Origin: an uncultured Gemmatimonadales bacterium
GTDB lineage: Bacteria > Gemmatimonadota > Gemmatimonadetes > Longimicrobiales > RSA9
Assembly (NCBI GenBank): GCA_963708135.1
Contig: OY970192.1
Location: 4,608,001-4,672,000 of the forward strand
DNA: 64,000 nt
Direction of reading: 5' to 3'
A program made the position numbers and the translations under genes. Numbering within the stretch: the stretch's first letter is position 1; every line of letters begins with the position of its first letter. Shown piece by piece: positions 23,202 through 32,463 of the stretch. The notes under the pieces were generated by a model, which saw only the letters and a list, made by a program, of their open reading frames with translations, ran no database searches and was not told the DNA's origin.

Positions 23202-23822
23202 GTGCCGCAGACCGACGAGGCACTACCACCCCGCAGCCTGGTCCTCCTCCAACAGGAGCTCGCCCGCAAGGGCATCCACATCGCCTTCTGCACCGGCGCC
23301 GCCACCGTCGTCTGGCTCGCGCCCCTCCATGCCTGTCGGATCGCCTTCTGCGCGGCCGCCGCACTCGCGATCACCATCGACCTCGCGCGCCTGCGATCCC
23401 CCGGCCTGCACCGCTTCATGAGCCGGCTCTTCCACCCGCTCCTGCGCGTTCGCGAGAGCGGCCGGGTCACCGGCGCCACCATGCTCGCCATCGGCATTGC
23501 CCTGGCCGTCCTCCTCTTCCCCCGCGCCTTCGCCGTGGCCGGACTCCTCTACGCCGGGCTCGCCGATTCCGCCGGCGCGCTCGTCGGCCGCGCCTTCGGC
23601 CGCCATCCCTTTCCGGGAGGCAGGACCGCGGAGGGCAGCCTGGCCTTCCTGCTGGCCGCCATCCTCGCCGGCTGGCTCATTCCCGGCGTTGCCCTCCCGG
23701 CCGCCGTCCTCGCTGCGCTCCCCGTCACGCTCCTCGAAGCCGCGCCCCTGCCGCTGGACGACAACCTCTTCATTCCCGTGGCGGGCGCGGCCGCGGTCCT
23801 GCTCGCCGCTTCCCTGCCGTAG
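23202..23822 (+). CDS. Polyprenol/phytol/diacylglycerol kinase-like (CTP-dependent) membrane protein
   Basis: ELARKGIH, GLADSAGALVGRAFGRH, GRTAEGSLAF, PLDDNLFIP; GTG start 2 nt after the slt stop. Confidence 0.82.
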   Translation: MPQTDEALPPRSLVLLQQELARKGIHIAFCTGAATVVWLAPLHACRIAFCAAAALAITIDLARLRSPGLHRFMSRLFHPLLRVRESGRVTGATMLAIGIALAVLLFPRAFAVAGLLYAGLADSAGALVGRAFGRHPFPGGRTAEGSLAFLLAAILAGWLIPGVALPAAVLAALPVTLLEAAPLPLDDNLFIPVAGAAAVLLAASLP

Positions 23823-23960
23823 CGCCCGCCTCCAGTCCGGAATTTATGGCATCTTTTTCCGCCCCTGCGGCGGTACTTGAACAGGCGTGCGGGCCGGAAC
23901 GGTGCAACGGCGCGGGTAACGGCGGCTGGAGCGGTGGCGGTCGCGGTACCGTTTCCCGCG

Positions 23961-24009
23961 GAAACAAACAAAATTTTCCTTGACACCCTCGCGCGCCCGT
24001 TCGTAAGCT
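23961..24009 (+). promoter_or_regulatory. Strong sigma70-like promoter with A-rich UP element upstream of the cold-shock gene
   Basis: GAAACAAACAAAATTTT followed by TTGACA (23980-23985)-N18-TAAGCT (24004-24009). Confidence 0.7.
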
Positions 24010-24059
24010 GTGGCTGGCGTTCCAGCCACAGCGAGAACCCTTCGTAGGAGGCAGCTTCG

Positions 24060-24260
24060 ATGGCCAGAGGGAAGATCAAGTGGTTCAATGATGCCAAGGG
24101 GTACGGCTTCATTGAGCAGTCGGAGGGCGAGGACGTGTTCGTCCACTTCTCCGCGATCGCGATGGAGGGCTTCAAGACCCTCGCCGAGGGCGAAGAGGTG
24201 GAGTTCGAGGTTCGCCAGACGGACAAGGGCCTGCAGGCGGCGAACGTGATGCGCGTCTAG
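24060..24260 (+). CDS. cspA: Cold-shock protein (CspA family)
   Basis: [41 protein letters not shown]. Confidence 0.97.
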   Translation: MARGKIKWFNDAKGYGFIEQSEGEDVFVHFSAIAMEGFKTLAEGEEVEFEVRQTDKGLQAANVMRV

Positions 24261-24288
24261 CCAGCCTTCGGCCATCGAGCTGAACGCG

Positions 24289-24326
24289 GGCGCCCCGTTC
24301 CTAGAGAGGACGGGGCGCCTTGTTGT
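24289..24326 (+). terminator. Intrinsic terminator after the cold-shock gene
   Basis: GGCGCCCCGTTCCT/AGGACGGGGCGCC stem followed by TTGTTGT. Confidence 0.65.
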
Positions 24327-24348
24327 GAGATATTCTTGCCGGCGGTGC

Positions 24349-24377
24349 TTGCTGTATTCCATGGTGTATCCTATCTT
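24349..24377 (+). promoter_or_regulatory. Sigma70-like promoter of the SusC/SusD operon
   Basis: TTGCTG-N17-TATCTT in an AT-rich patch about 215 nt upstream of the susC-like start. Confidence 0.45.
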
Positions 24378-24592
24378 CCCTTGGCGATCCCGGTGCTCCG
24401 GCCTCTTTCCTTCTCTAGACATCGCCGCTGGCGACGCATTTGTTCGAGCCTCCGGCGCATGGGCGGCGCTCCCGTGCACGGCGCCCGCCCGTCCCAGGTC
24501 GAGATCATGTCCCCCGTTCCTGGATGGCCGGACCCGCGGCCTCCGTCGAGACCCCCGATTGAGCTGGACACTTCATCCACAGGAGCTTTTTC

Positions 24593-27500
24593 ATGCGCGA
24601 TAACCTACGTGAGCGGTCCCGTCGAGGCGCGCAGCTCGCCGCGTGCGTGGCGGTGGCGCTCGTGCTTCTGGCGCCGCGAGCCGGCGCCGCGAACGCGCGC
24701 GCTCGCTCGGTAGCCGGCTCGTCCGCGGTGCAGCAGAGCGCCACGATCGTCGGGCAGGTCATCGACTCGACCTCGGCCACGCCGTTGGCGGGCGTGTCGG
24801 TGGTGGTGGAGGGCACGGATCTCGGTGCGCTGACGGACGGCGCTGGGCGTTACCACATTGCCGGCGTCCCCGCGGGGGCGTACACGCTGGCGGCGCAGCG
24901 GCTGGGATACGCGACGCAGCGGCGGGCGGTCAGGGTCCCTGCCGAGGGCGTGCTGACGGTCGACTTCGCGCTGGTGACCTCTGCGACGATGCTGAACGAA
25001 ATCATTGTGACGGGGACGCCCGGCGGGCAGGCGCGGCGCGAGCTGGGAAACTCGGTCGGCGTGGTGAACGCGACCGCCGAGCTCTCGAAGTCGGAGGCGC
25101 CGGACCTGGGATCGCTGCTCAACTCGCGCGTGGCGGGGGTGAGCATTTCGCCGAACACGGGGCGTCTGGGGGCCGGCCCGAACATCAACATCCGCGGGGT
25201 GTCGAGCCTGAGCCTCGACAACAATCCGCTCATCTACATCGACGGCGTGCGGGTGAGCAACAGCACGGGCAGCGGCGCGACGAGGTTCGGCAACGGCGGC
25301 TACGGTGCTCAGAACGCCGGCGTGGTGGGGCGGCTGAACGACATCAATCCGGAGGAGATCGAGAGCATCCAGATCATCAAGGGGCCGGCCGCCGCGACGA
25401 TCTACGGCACCGAGGCGGCCAACGGCGTCATCCAGATCCTCACGAAGAAGGGGTCATCCGGCAAGCCGGTGCTGAACGTCCAGGTGCAGCAGGGCGCCAT
25501 CTACTTCCGGAACCCCGAAGGCCGCATCGAGACCAACTACGTGCCGGATGCCACGGGCGCGCTCGTCCCGTTCAACGCCATTCAGGCGGAGGCCGCGGCG
25601 GGAACACCGGTGTTCACCACGGGGAAGGCCAATCAGTACAACGCCTCACTCTCCGGCGGGCTCGGCACGGGGCGCTACTTCCTGTCGGCCAACTACGAGG
25701 ACGACCACGGGATCGAGCCGAACAACTCGATCACCCAGTTCGGCGCACACGCGAACGTGAATCTGACGCCGAATCAGCATTTCGATCTGGGGACCAGCCT
25801 CAACTTCGTGCAGGGCACCTATCACACGGGCGTGGACGTCGGCGTCTCGGCGCTGCTCGGCGCGCAGCTGGCCCATCCGCTCGTGTTCGCCGTCCCGGGC
25901 GCCGAGGGCTTCTATCCGAACGTGCCGCCAGCGGTCCCGCAGACCCTGTACGACAACAGCGACGACATCCACCGGTTCACCGGCAGCGCCACGCTGAATC
26001 ATCATCCGGTGGACTGGTTCACGCAGCGGCTGATCGTCGGCCTGGACTACACAGGCGAGGATGGCAGGGGGCTCGAGCGGTTCGCGCCGCCGGATCTCGC
26101 GCCGTTCACCCTGGGCAATGCGGCGGGCCGGATTGGCCAGACGCTCACCACGACCGTTCTCACCACGGCCGACTACAACGGCACGGTGAAGGTGAACCTC
26201 ACGCCGTCCATCGTCTCGTCGTCTTCGGTCGGGGGGCAGTGGTACCGCACGTCGCTCGCCACGAGCTTTCTCGGCGGCATCGGATTTCCGGGGCCGGGCA
26301 TCACGACGGTCTCCGGCGCGGCGACGGCGCTGCCGTCGACGCAGAGCGACATCCTCAACACCACGATCGGCGGCTACGCCCAGCAGGAGCTCGGCTTCCG
26401 CGACCGGCTGTTCCTGACGGGCGCGCTGCGCGTCGACAACAACAGCGCGTTCGGCTCCTCGTTCAAGTGGATCACCTATCCCAAGGTGAGCGCCTCGTGG
26501 ATCGTGAGCGATGAGCCGTTCTGGAGTCTGGACTTCGTCAACTCGCTGAAGCTGCGCGCGGCGTATGGCGAATCGGGGCGCGCGCCCCTCGCCTACTCGG
26601 CCCTGCGCGCCTACACCCCCGTGCAGGGACCCGGCGGCAGCAACGCGTTCACGGCGGGATCGTTCGGCAATCCCGACCTGAGGCCGGAGCGCGGCAAGGA
26701 GGTCGAGGCCGGGTTCGACGCGGATCTGCTGAACCGGCTGAATGTCGGCTTCACCTACTACAGCAAGCGCACGACCGATGAGATCGTGGCGCAGTCGGTG
26801 GCGCCCTCGACCGGCTTCACCGGCACGCAGTATCAGAACCTTGGACAGGTGAACGCCCACGGCATCGAGCTGCAGGCGCGGCTGCAGGCGCTCAGGATGC
26901 GGAACCTCGGATGGGAGATCACCGGGAACTTCGCGACCGCCCACAACGAGATCATCAGCCTGGGCGGCCTTCCCTCGCTGCTGGCCACGGCCGGGCAGGC
27001 GAACCAGGTGGGCTACCCGATCGAATCGTACTTCTCGCGGCGCGTCGTCTCCGCGACGCAGGATCCGTTCACCGGCGCCGTGTCCGACGTGTTGTGCGAC
27101 GGCGGTGCAGGCAGCGCCCCCGTGGCCTGCGCATCCGCGCCGTTCGTCTATATCGGACCGGCGACGCCCACCACCACGGGATCGATCGGGAACACGCTGA
27201 CGCTGTTCGGCCGGCTCCGCCTGTACGCGCTGGTGGACTGGAAGCGCGGCAACCTGCTCCAGAATGACATCGATCAGATCCGGTGCCAGGGGCTGCTCGG
27301 GATCGGGCTGTGCGACGTGAACTACAACCCGGTCGACTACTCTCCGCGGTACGTGGCCGAAGCGAACGTCCTGGCCTACGTGCGCCAGATGGACGACCAG
27401 TTCTTCCAGGATGCGTCGTTCGTGAAGCTGCGCGAGCTCTCGGCGACGTACACGCTGCCGGACCGCCTGGTGCCGGGGGTCCAGCACGCCTCGCTCACGG

Positions 27501-27646
27501 TGGCAGGGCGCGAGCTCGCGCTGTGGACCAGTTACAAGGGGCCGGACCCGGAGGTGAACGCGAACCCGACCGGGCTGGTGGCGGCCGACCAGGCCGTGAT
27601 CCCGCCACTGAGCCGCTTCCTCGTCACCCTCAACCTGAGCTTCTGA
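24593..27646 (+). CDS. SusC/RagA-family TonB-dependent outer membrane transporter
   Basis: Signal peptide, carboxypeptidase-regulatory-like N-domain, NPLIYIDGV, DINPEEIESIQIIKGPAAATIYGTEAANGVIQILTKKG, GNPDLRPE, DASFVKLRELS, C-terminal Phe. Confidence 0.95.
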   Translation: MRDNLRERSRRGAQLAACVAVALVLLAPRAGAANARARSVAGSSAVQQSATIVGQVIDSTSATPLAGVSVVVEGTDLGALTDGAGRYHIAGVPAGAYTLAAQRLGYATQRRAVRVPAEGVLTVDFALVTSATMLNEIIVTGTPGGQARRELGNSVGVVNATAELSKSEAPDLGSLLNSRVAGVSISPNTGRLGAGPNINIRGVSSLSLDNNPLIYIDGVRVSNSTGSGATRFGNGGYGAQNAGVVGRLNDINPEEIESIQIIKGPAAATIYGTEAANGVIQILTKKGSSGKPVLNVQVQQGAIYFRNPEGRIETNYVPDATGALVPFNAIQAEAAAGTPVFTTGKANQYNASLSGGLGTGRYFLSANYEDDHGIEPNNSITQFGAHANVNLTPNQHFDLGTSLNFVQGTYHTGVDVGVSALLGAQLAHPLVFAVPGAEGFYPNVPPAVPQTLYDNSDDIHRFTGSATLNHHPVDWFTQRLIVGLDYTGEDGRGLERFAPPDLAPFTLGNAAGRIGQTLTTTVLTTADYNGTVKVNLTPSIVSSSSVGGQWYRTSLATSFLGGIGFPGPGITTVSGAATALPSTQSDILNTTIGGYAQQELGFRDRLFLTGALRVDNNSAFGSSFKWITYPKVSASWIVSDEPFWSLDFVNSLKLRAAYGESGRAPLAYSALRAYTPVQGPGGSNAFTAGSFGNPDLRPERGKEVEAGFDADLLNRLNVGFTYYSKRTTDEIVAQSVAPSTGFTGTQYQNLGQVNAHGIELQARLQALRMRNLGWEITGNFATAHNEIISLGGLPSLLATAGQANQVGYPIESYFSRRVVSATQDPFTGAVSDVLCDGGAGSAPVACASAPFVYIGPATPTTTGSIGNTLTLFGRLRLYALVDWKRGNLLQNDIDQIRCQGLLGIGLCDVNYNPVDYSPRYVAEANVLAYVRQMDDQFFQDASFVKLRELSATYTLPDRLVPGVQHASLTVAGRELALWTSYKGPDPEVNANPTGLVAADQAVIPPLSRFLVTLNLSF

Positions 27647-27648
27647 TC

Positions 27649-28980
27649 ATGCGAAACTCACACGGAAAGAGCGACGAGTCGGCCGTACGGGGCGGGCGGC
27701 GCGCAGGCGGGCGGCTGCTCCCGGCCGGCGTTGCCATCGCCGCGCTGTCACTGGCGATGGTAGTGACCGGTTGCAAGGACATCACGACGCTGGAGCAGAC
27801 CAACCCCGGGCAGCTCGGCCCCGATGTCTTCGCGCCCGTGAACGCCGACCTCATCGTCAACAGCTCACGCGCGGACTTCGAGTGCGCGTACAACGAGTAC
27901 ATCGTGGCCACCGGCACGTTCGTGGACGAGCTGGCGAACGCGATCTCGCAGACCAACAACTTCGACCTCGATCGCCGCACCCTCACGCCCGCTTCCCCGG
28001 TGGGAACGAGCACCTGCAACGCGCAGCAGTACGCCGGCGTGTACACGCCGCTGTCCGTGGCGCGCGCATCGAACGACGTCGCGGTGGCGCATCTGCAGGG
28101 ATGGACGGATGCGGAGGTTCCCGACCGCGACCACCTGATCGCCCGGGCCTCGACCTACGCCGGCTACAGCCTGATGTTGCTCGGCGAGGGGATGTGCTCC
28201 GCGGCGCTCGACCTCGGCCCGGAGATCCTTCCGCCGCAGCTCTTCGCGGACGCGGTGGTCCGCTTCGACACGGCCGTGGCCGCGGCGACCCGCGCGGGCG
28301 ACGACGAGACGCTCCATCTCGCCCTGCTCGGCCGCGCACGGACGAAGCTCGATCTCGGCAATTCCGCCGCGGCCGCCGCCGATGCGGCCCTGATTCCGGC
28401 CGGTTTCGAAGTCGACATCGATCACGATGCGACGGCGACCCGACGGCAGAACCTGGTCTACATCCAGACCCTGCAGTCGGCGTTCGCGTCCGTGGACACC
28501 TCGATCCAGAACAGGTACGCCATGACGCCGCAGGACCCGCGCATCGCGACGGCCTCGACGGGCCTGCTCGGCTCCGATGGCGCGACGATGATCTGGTATG
28601 CGGTGAAGGACGCTGACGCCACTTCGCCGCAGGCGCTCGCGAAGTACTCGGAGGCGCAGCTGATCATCGCGGAGAACGACGTGAACACCGGGAACCTCAC
28701 GGCGGCCGTGGGAATCATCAACGACCTGCGGGCGGCGGCGGGCCAGCCCGCGTTCAACCCTCCGTCGGTGACGGCTCCGGTGGTCATGGCGGAGATCGTC
28801 GAGCAGCGGCGCCGCGAGTTCTTCCTCGAGGGACACCGGCTCGGAGACATCCGGCGCCTCGGCCTTCCGCTGAGCCCCGCCACCGGCGCGCCGTACGTGT
28901 CCGGCGGCACGTACTCCGACCAGTCGTGCTTCCCGCTTCCGAACGTGGAGCGGATCAACAACCCGAACCTTTCATCGTGA
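27649..28980 (+). CDS. SusD/RagB-family surface lipoprotein
   Basis: Lipobox VTGC; KYSEAQLIIAE, INDLRAAAG, QRRREFFLEGHRLGDIRR, FPLPNVERINNPNL. Confidence 0.93.
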   Translation: MRNSHGKSDESAVRGGRRAGGRLLPAGVAIAALSLAMVVTGCKDITTLEQTNPGQLGPDVFAPVNADLIVNSSRADFECAYNEYIVATGTFVDELANAISQTNNFDLDRRTLTPASPVGTSTCNAQQYAGVYTPLSVARASNDVAVAHLQGWTDAEVPDRDHLIARASTYAGYSLMLLGEGMCSAALDLGPEILPPQLFADAVVRFDTAVAAATRAGDDETLHLALLGRARTKLDLGNSAAAAADAALIPAGFEVDIDHDATATRRQNLVYIQTLQSAFASVDTSIQNRYAMTPQDPRIATASTGLLGSDGATMIWYAVKDADATSPQALAKYSEAQLIIAENDVNTGNLTAAVGIINDLRAAAGQPAFNPPSVTAPVVMAEIVEQRRREFFLEGHRLGDIRRLGLPLSPATGAPYVSGGTYSDQSCFPLPNVERINNPNLSS

Positions 28981-28985
28981 CGTTC

Positions 28986-31900
28986 ATGCAATCATTCGAT
29001 TCGCGACGCGGGGGCCTCCGCCTGGCGTTCCGCAGGCCAAGGCGGACTTCCCCGGGAACGTCCACGCGGCTGCGGTCGTCGCTCCTCGGACTGTCCATGC
29101 TGCTTTTGCCCCTCTCGACCGCCACGGCGCAGGGCACCAGGCTCCTGCGGCGCCCGACCGTGAGCCGTGACATGGTCGCGTTCGAATACGGCGGCGACCT
29201 GTGGGTGGTGCCGCGCGCCGGCGGGACGGCGCGCCGGCTCACGAGCACGCCGTCGGTGGAGTCGGATCCGCAGTTCTCGCCGGACGGGTCGCTGATCGCG
29301 TACACCGCGACGGTGGCGGACAATGCGGACGTGTACGTGGTCCCTGCCTCCGGCGGCGCGCCGAAGCGCCTGACGTACCACCCGGGTGGGGATTTCGTGC
29401 GCGGGTGGAGCCGGGACGGGAAGAGCATCGTGTTCGGCTCCACGCGCGGCACCGTGCCGACGCCGGGCGCGAACTCCTACCTCCGTCTCTGGACGATCCC
29501 GGCGGACGGCGGCATGCCGGAGGTCCTGCCCATGCCGCGGGCGTTTGCCGGCACGTACTCGCCGGACGGGCGGCGCATGGCCTATCAGCCGCTGGGCGTG
29601 GCCTTCTTCGCGGCCAACTGGGCGGAGCCCCAGTACAGCCAGTGGCGGCGCTATCGGGGCGGCCGCACCGAGCCGATCCACGTGATGGATCTGGGCGACT
29701 ACAGCGAGACCACGCTGCCGTGGACCGACAGCAACGACACCGATCCGATGTGGATTGGCGGCTCCGTGTTCTTCCTCTCCGACCGCGACGGCGTGGTCAA
29801 CCTGTACCAGGGCGCTCCGGGCGGTGCCGAGCTGAAACAGCTCACGCACCATCGCAACTACGACATCATGAGCGCATCGGCGGGTCCCGATGCCATCGCG
29901 TACGAGCAGGCCGGCACCATCCACCTGCTGGACGTGGCGACCGGCCGTTCCGAGCAGCTGAACATCGTCGTGTCGGGCGACTTCCCGTGGGCGCAGTCGG
30001 AGCTGAAGAAGGTCGCATCGCTGATCGCCGACGCCTCGCTGTCGCCGACCGGCGCGCGCGCGGCGTTCGAGGCACGCGGAGACATCTACACGGTGGCCGC
30101 CGACGGAAGCGGCTATCGCGACCTCACCCACAGCTCGGGGGCGCACGAGCGCGCCCCCGCCTGGTCGCCCGACGGCACGCACCTGGCCTGGATCGCCGAC
30201 GCGACGGGCGAGGATCAGCTCATGATCGGCGACCAGACGGGCGAGAGCGCGCCGCGCGCGATCGCGCTGCCGTCGAGCGCCTACTTCTCCGCCCCCGTCT
30301 GGTCGCCGGACGCGCGGCACCTCCTGTTCCGGGACAGCCGGGCGGGACTGTGGATCGCCGACGTCGCGACCGGCCACTTCACCACGATCGACACGGACAC
30401 GTACGACGATCCCGGGCGGGGATTCGAGGCGGCGTGGTCGCCGGACTCGCGCTGGGTCGCCTACTCGAAGTCGCTCGACTCCCACATGCGGGCGATCTTC
30501 CTGTACTCGGTTGCCGAGGGCAAGGCGCACCGGATCACGGATGGGCTGGCCGATGCGACGAGTCCGTCGTTCGATGCGGGCGGCAAGTACCTCTACTTCC
30601 TGGCGAGCACCAACTACGCCCTGAGCAGCGGCTGGCTGGACATGAGCGCCATGGAGCGCCCGGTTCGCCGCAGCATCTACCTGGTGGTGCTCGGCGCGCA
30701 CGAGCCATCGCCTCTGCTGCCGGCTCCGAGCGAAGAGCCCGCCCGGGCCGTCGGTGCAGAGGACACGGCCGCCGCGGAGACGCGAGCGACGCCACACGTC
30801 GCGCCGGCGGCGCGCCCGGCCCGGCGGGCCCCGGCCGCGCCGCCGACGCGCACCGTCATCGATCTCGAGGGCATCCAGCAGCGCATCCTGCCGCTCGCCG
30901 TCCCCGCGGCGGACTATTCCTCGCTCGCCGCCGGCAGCGCGGGAACGTTCTTCTACATCGAGCGGCGCCCGCAGCCGTCGCTCGGCCAACCGCCGACGCA
31001 GCTGTGGGAATTCCAGCTCGCCGCCGGAAAGTCGCGGCCGTTCCTGGAGGGGGTCTCCTCCTATGGGGTCTCCGCGGACGGGAAGGAGCTGCTCTACCAG
31101 GCGGGCCGCAGCCGCTGGGGCATCGTCTCGACCGAGCACCCGGCGAAGCCGGGCGAGGGTACCCTCGCCGTGGACCAGCTCGAGACGGTAGTGGATCCGA
31201 AGGCGGAGTGGGCGGAGATCTTCCGCGAGACCTGGCGGGCGCAGCGCGAGTTCTTCTACGACGCGAAGATGCACGGGAACGACTGGACCGCGATCTACGA
31301 CAAGTACAAGGGGTTCGTCCCGTACGTCGAGCACCGCGCGGACCTGGCCTACCTGATGGCGTCGGTGGGCGGCGAGCTCACGGTGGGGCACTCGTACGTG
31401 GAGGGCGAGGGGGATGTGCCCGACACCGGACACGCGAACGTCGGGCTCCTGGGCGCCGACCTTGCCATCGATCACGGCCGCTATCGCATCCAGCACATCT
31501 ACACGGCCGGCCAGTGGAACCCGCAGCTGCACGGGCCGCTGGACGTGCCGGGGCTCGGGGTCGAGGAGGGCGACTACATCCTCGAGGTCAACGGCCGGGA
31601 GCTCGCGCCGCCGACGAATCCGTACAGCCTCTTCATCGGGACCGCCGGGCGGCCGACCACCCTGCGCGTGGGCCACGGGCCCACGAAGGACGGCTCGCGG
31701 CTGGTGAGCGTGGTACCGATCCCCGACGACGAAGGGCTCAGGACGCAGGCCTGGATCGACGACAACCGCCGGATCGTGGACAAGCTGTCCGGCGGTCGGC
31801 TCGCCTACGTCTGGCTGCCGAACACCTCCGTCGGCGGATACACGGCGTTCAACCGCTACCTCTTCGCGCAGCAGGGCAAGCAGGGCGTGGTCATCGATGA

Positions 31901-32402
31901 GCGCTACAACCAGGGCGGGACCGTGGCGGACTACATCGTGGACCAGCTGTCGCGCAAGCTCATGGGCTTCTTCGCGGAGCGGGCGGGCAACGTCGTCAGC
32001 ATGCCGATGGTCGGCGTCCTCGGTCCGAAGGTGATGCTCATCAATGAATCGGCCGGCTCGGGCGGCGACGCGCTGCCGTACTACTTCCGGGTGGCCAAGC
32101 TCGGTCCCCTCGTCGGCACGCGCACCTGGGGCGGGCTCGTGGGAACGCTCGGCGTGCCGGCGCCGATCGATGGCGGCGGCATCACGGCCCCGGACCTCGC
32201 CTTCTACGACGTCGAGGGAAAATGGGCCGTGGAGAACGAGGGGATCGCGCCCGACATCAAGGTGGAGAACACGCCGGCTGAGGTCATCAAGGGGCACGAT
32301 CCGCAGCTCGAGCGCGGGGTGGCCGAGGCGTTGAAGCTTCTCGCGGAGCATCCGCCGAAGCAGGTCCCGAGGCCGGCGCCGATCGACCGGACGCACCCAT
32401 GA
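28986..32402 (+). CDS. Tricorn protease homologue (S41, beta-propeller + PDZ)
   Basis: LLRRPTVS, PD40-type repeats (PQFSPDG, WSPDG, WSPDSRW), GELTVGHSY, DERYNQGG, catalytic INESAGSGGD, GTRTWGGLVG, DPQLER. The start is uncertain. Confidence 0.93.
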   Translation: MQSFDSRRGGLRLAFRRPRRTSPGTSTRLRSSLLGLSMLLLPLSTATAQGTRLLRRPTVSRDMVAFEYGGDLWVVPRAGGTARRLTSTPSVESDPQFSPDGSLIAYTATVADNADVYVVPASGGAPKRLTYHPGGDFVRGWSRDGKSIVFGSTRGTVPTPGANSYLRLWTIPADGGMPEVLPMPRAFAGTYSPDGRRMAYQPLGVAFFAANWAEPQYSQWRRYRGGRTEPIHVMDLGDYSETTLPWTDSNDTDPMWIGGSVFFLSDRDGVVNLYQGAPGGAELKQLTHHRNYDIMSASAGPDAIAYEQAGTIHLLDVATGRSEQLNIVVSGDFPWAQSELKKVASLIADASLSPTGARAAFEARGDIYTVAADGSGYRDLTHSSGAHERAPAWSPDGTHLAWIADATGEDQLMIGDQTGESAPRAIALPSSAYFSAPVWSPDARHLLFRDSRAGLWIADVATGHFTTIDTDTYDDPGRGFEAAWSPDSRWVAYSKSLDSHMRAIFLYSVAEGKAHRITDGLADATSPSFDAGGKYLYFLASTNYALSSGWLDMSAMERPVRRSIYLVVLGAHEPSPLLPAPSEEPARAVGAEDTAAAETRATPHVAPAARPARRAPAAPPTRTVIDLEGIQQRILPLAVPAADYSSLAAGSAGTFFYIERRPQPSLGQPPTQLWEFQLAAGKSRPFLEGVSSYGVSADGKELLYQAGRSRWGIVSTEHPAKPGEGTLAVDQLETVVDPKAEWAEIFRETWRAQREFFYDAKMHGNDWTAIYDKYKGFVPYVEHRADLAYLMASVGGELTVGHSYVEGEGDVPDTGHANVGLLGADLAIDHGRYRIQHIYTAGQWNPQLHGPLDVPGLGVEEGDYILEVNGRELAPPTNPYSLFIGTAGRPTTLRVGHGPTKDGSRLVSVVPIPDDEGLRTQAWIDDNRRIVDKLSGGRLAYVWLPNTSVGGYTAFNRYLFAQQGKQGVVIDERYNQGGTVADYIVDQLSRKLMGFFAERAGNVVSMPMVGVLGPKVMLINESAGSGGDALPYYFRVAKLGPLVGTRTWGGLVGTLGVPAPIDGGGITAPDLAFYDVEGKWAVENEGIAPDIKVENTPAEVIKGHDPQLERGVAEALKLLAEHPPKQVPRPAPIDRTHP

Positions 32403-32463
32403 CCCGGCCCGCTGCGGCATGCACCGGGGAGCCCTTTCCTCGCAACGGCGCAGGCATCGAGCG

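Noticed and set aside
20823..23822. 999-aa ORF suggesting a TPR-polyprenol kinase fusion
   Set aside because: The middle third is Arg/Pro-rich out-of-frame text overlapping the real SLT domain. It is a by-product of the slt frameshift, and the kinase has its own GTG at 23202.
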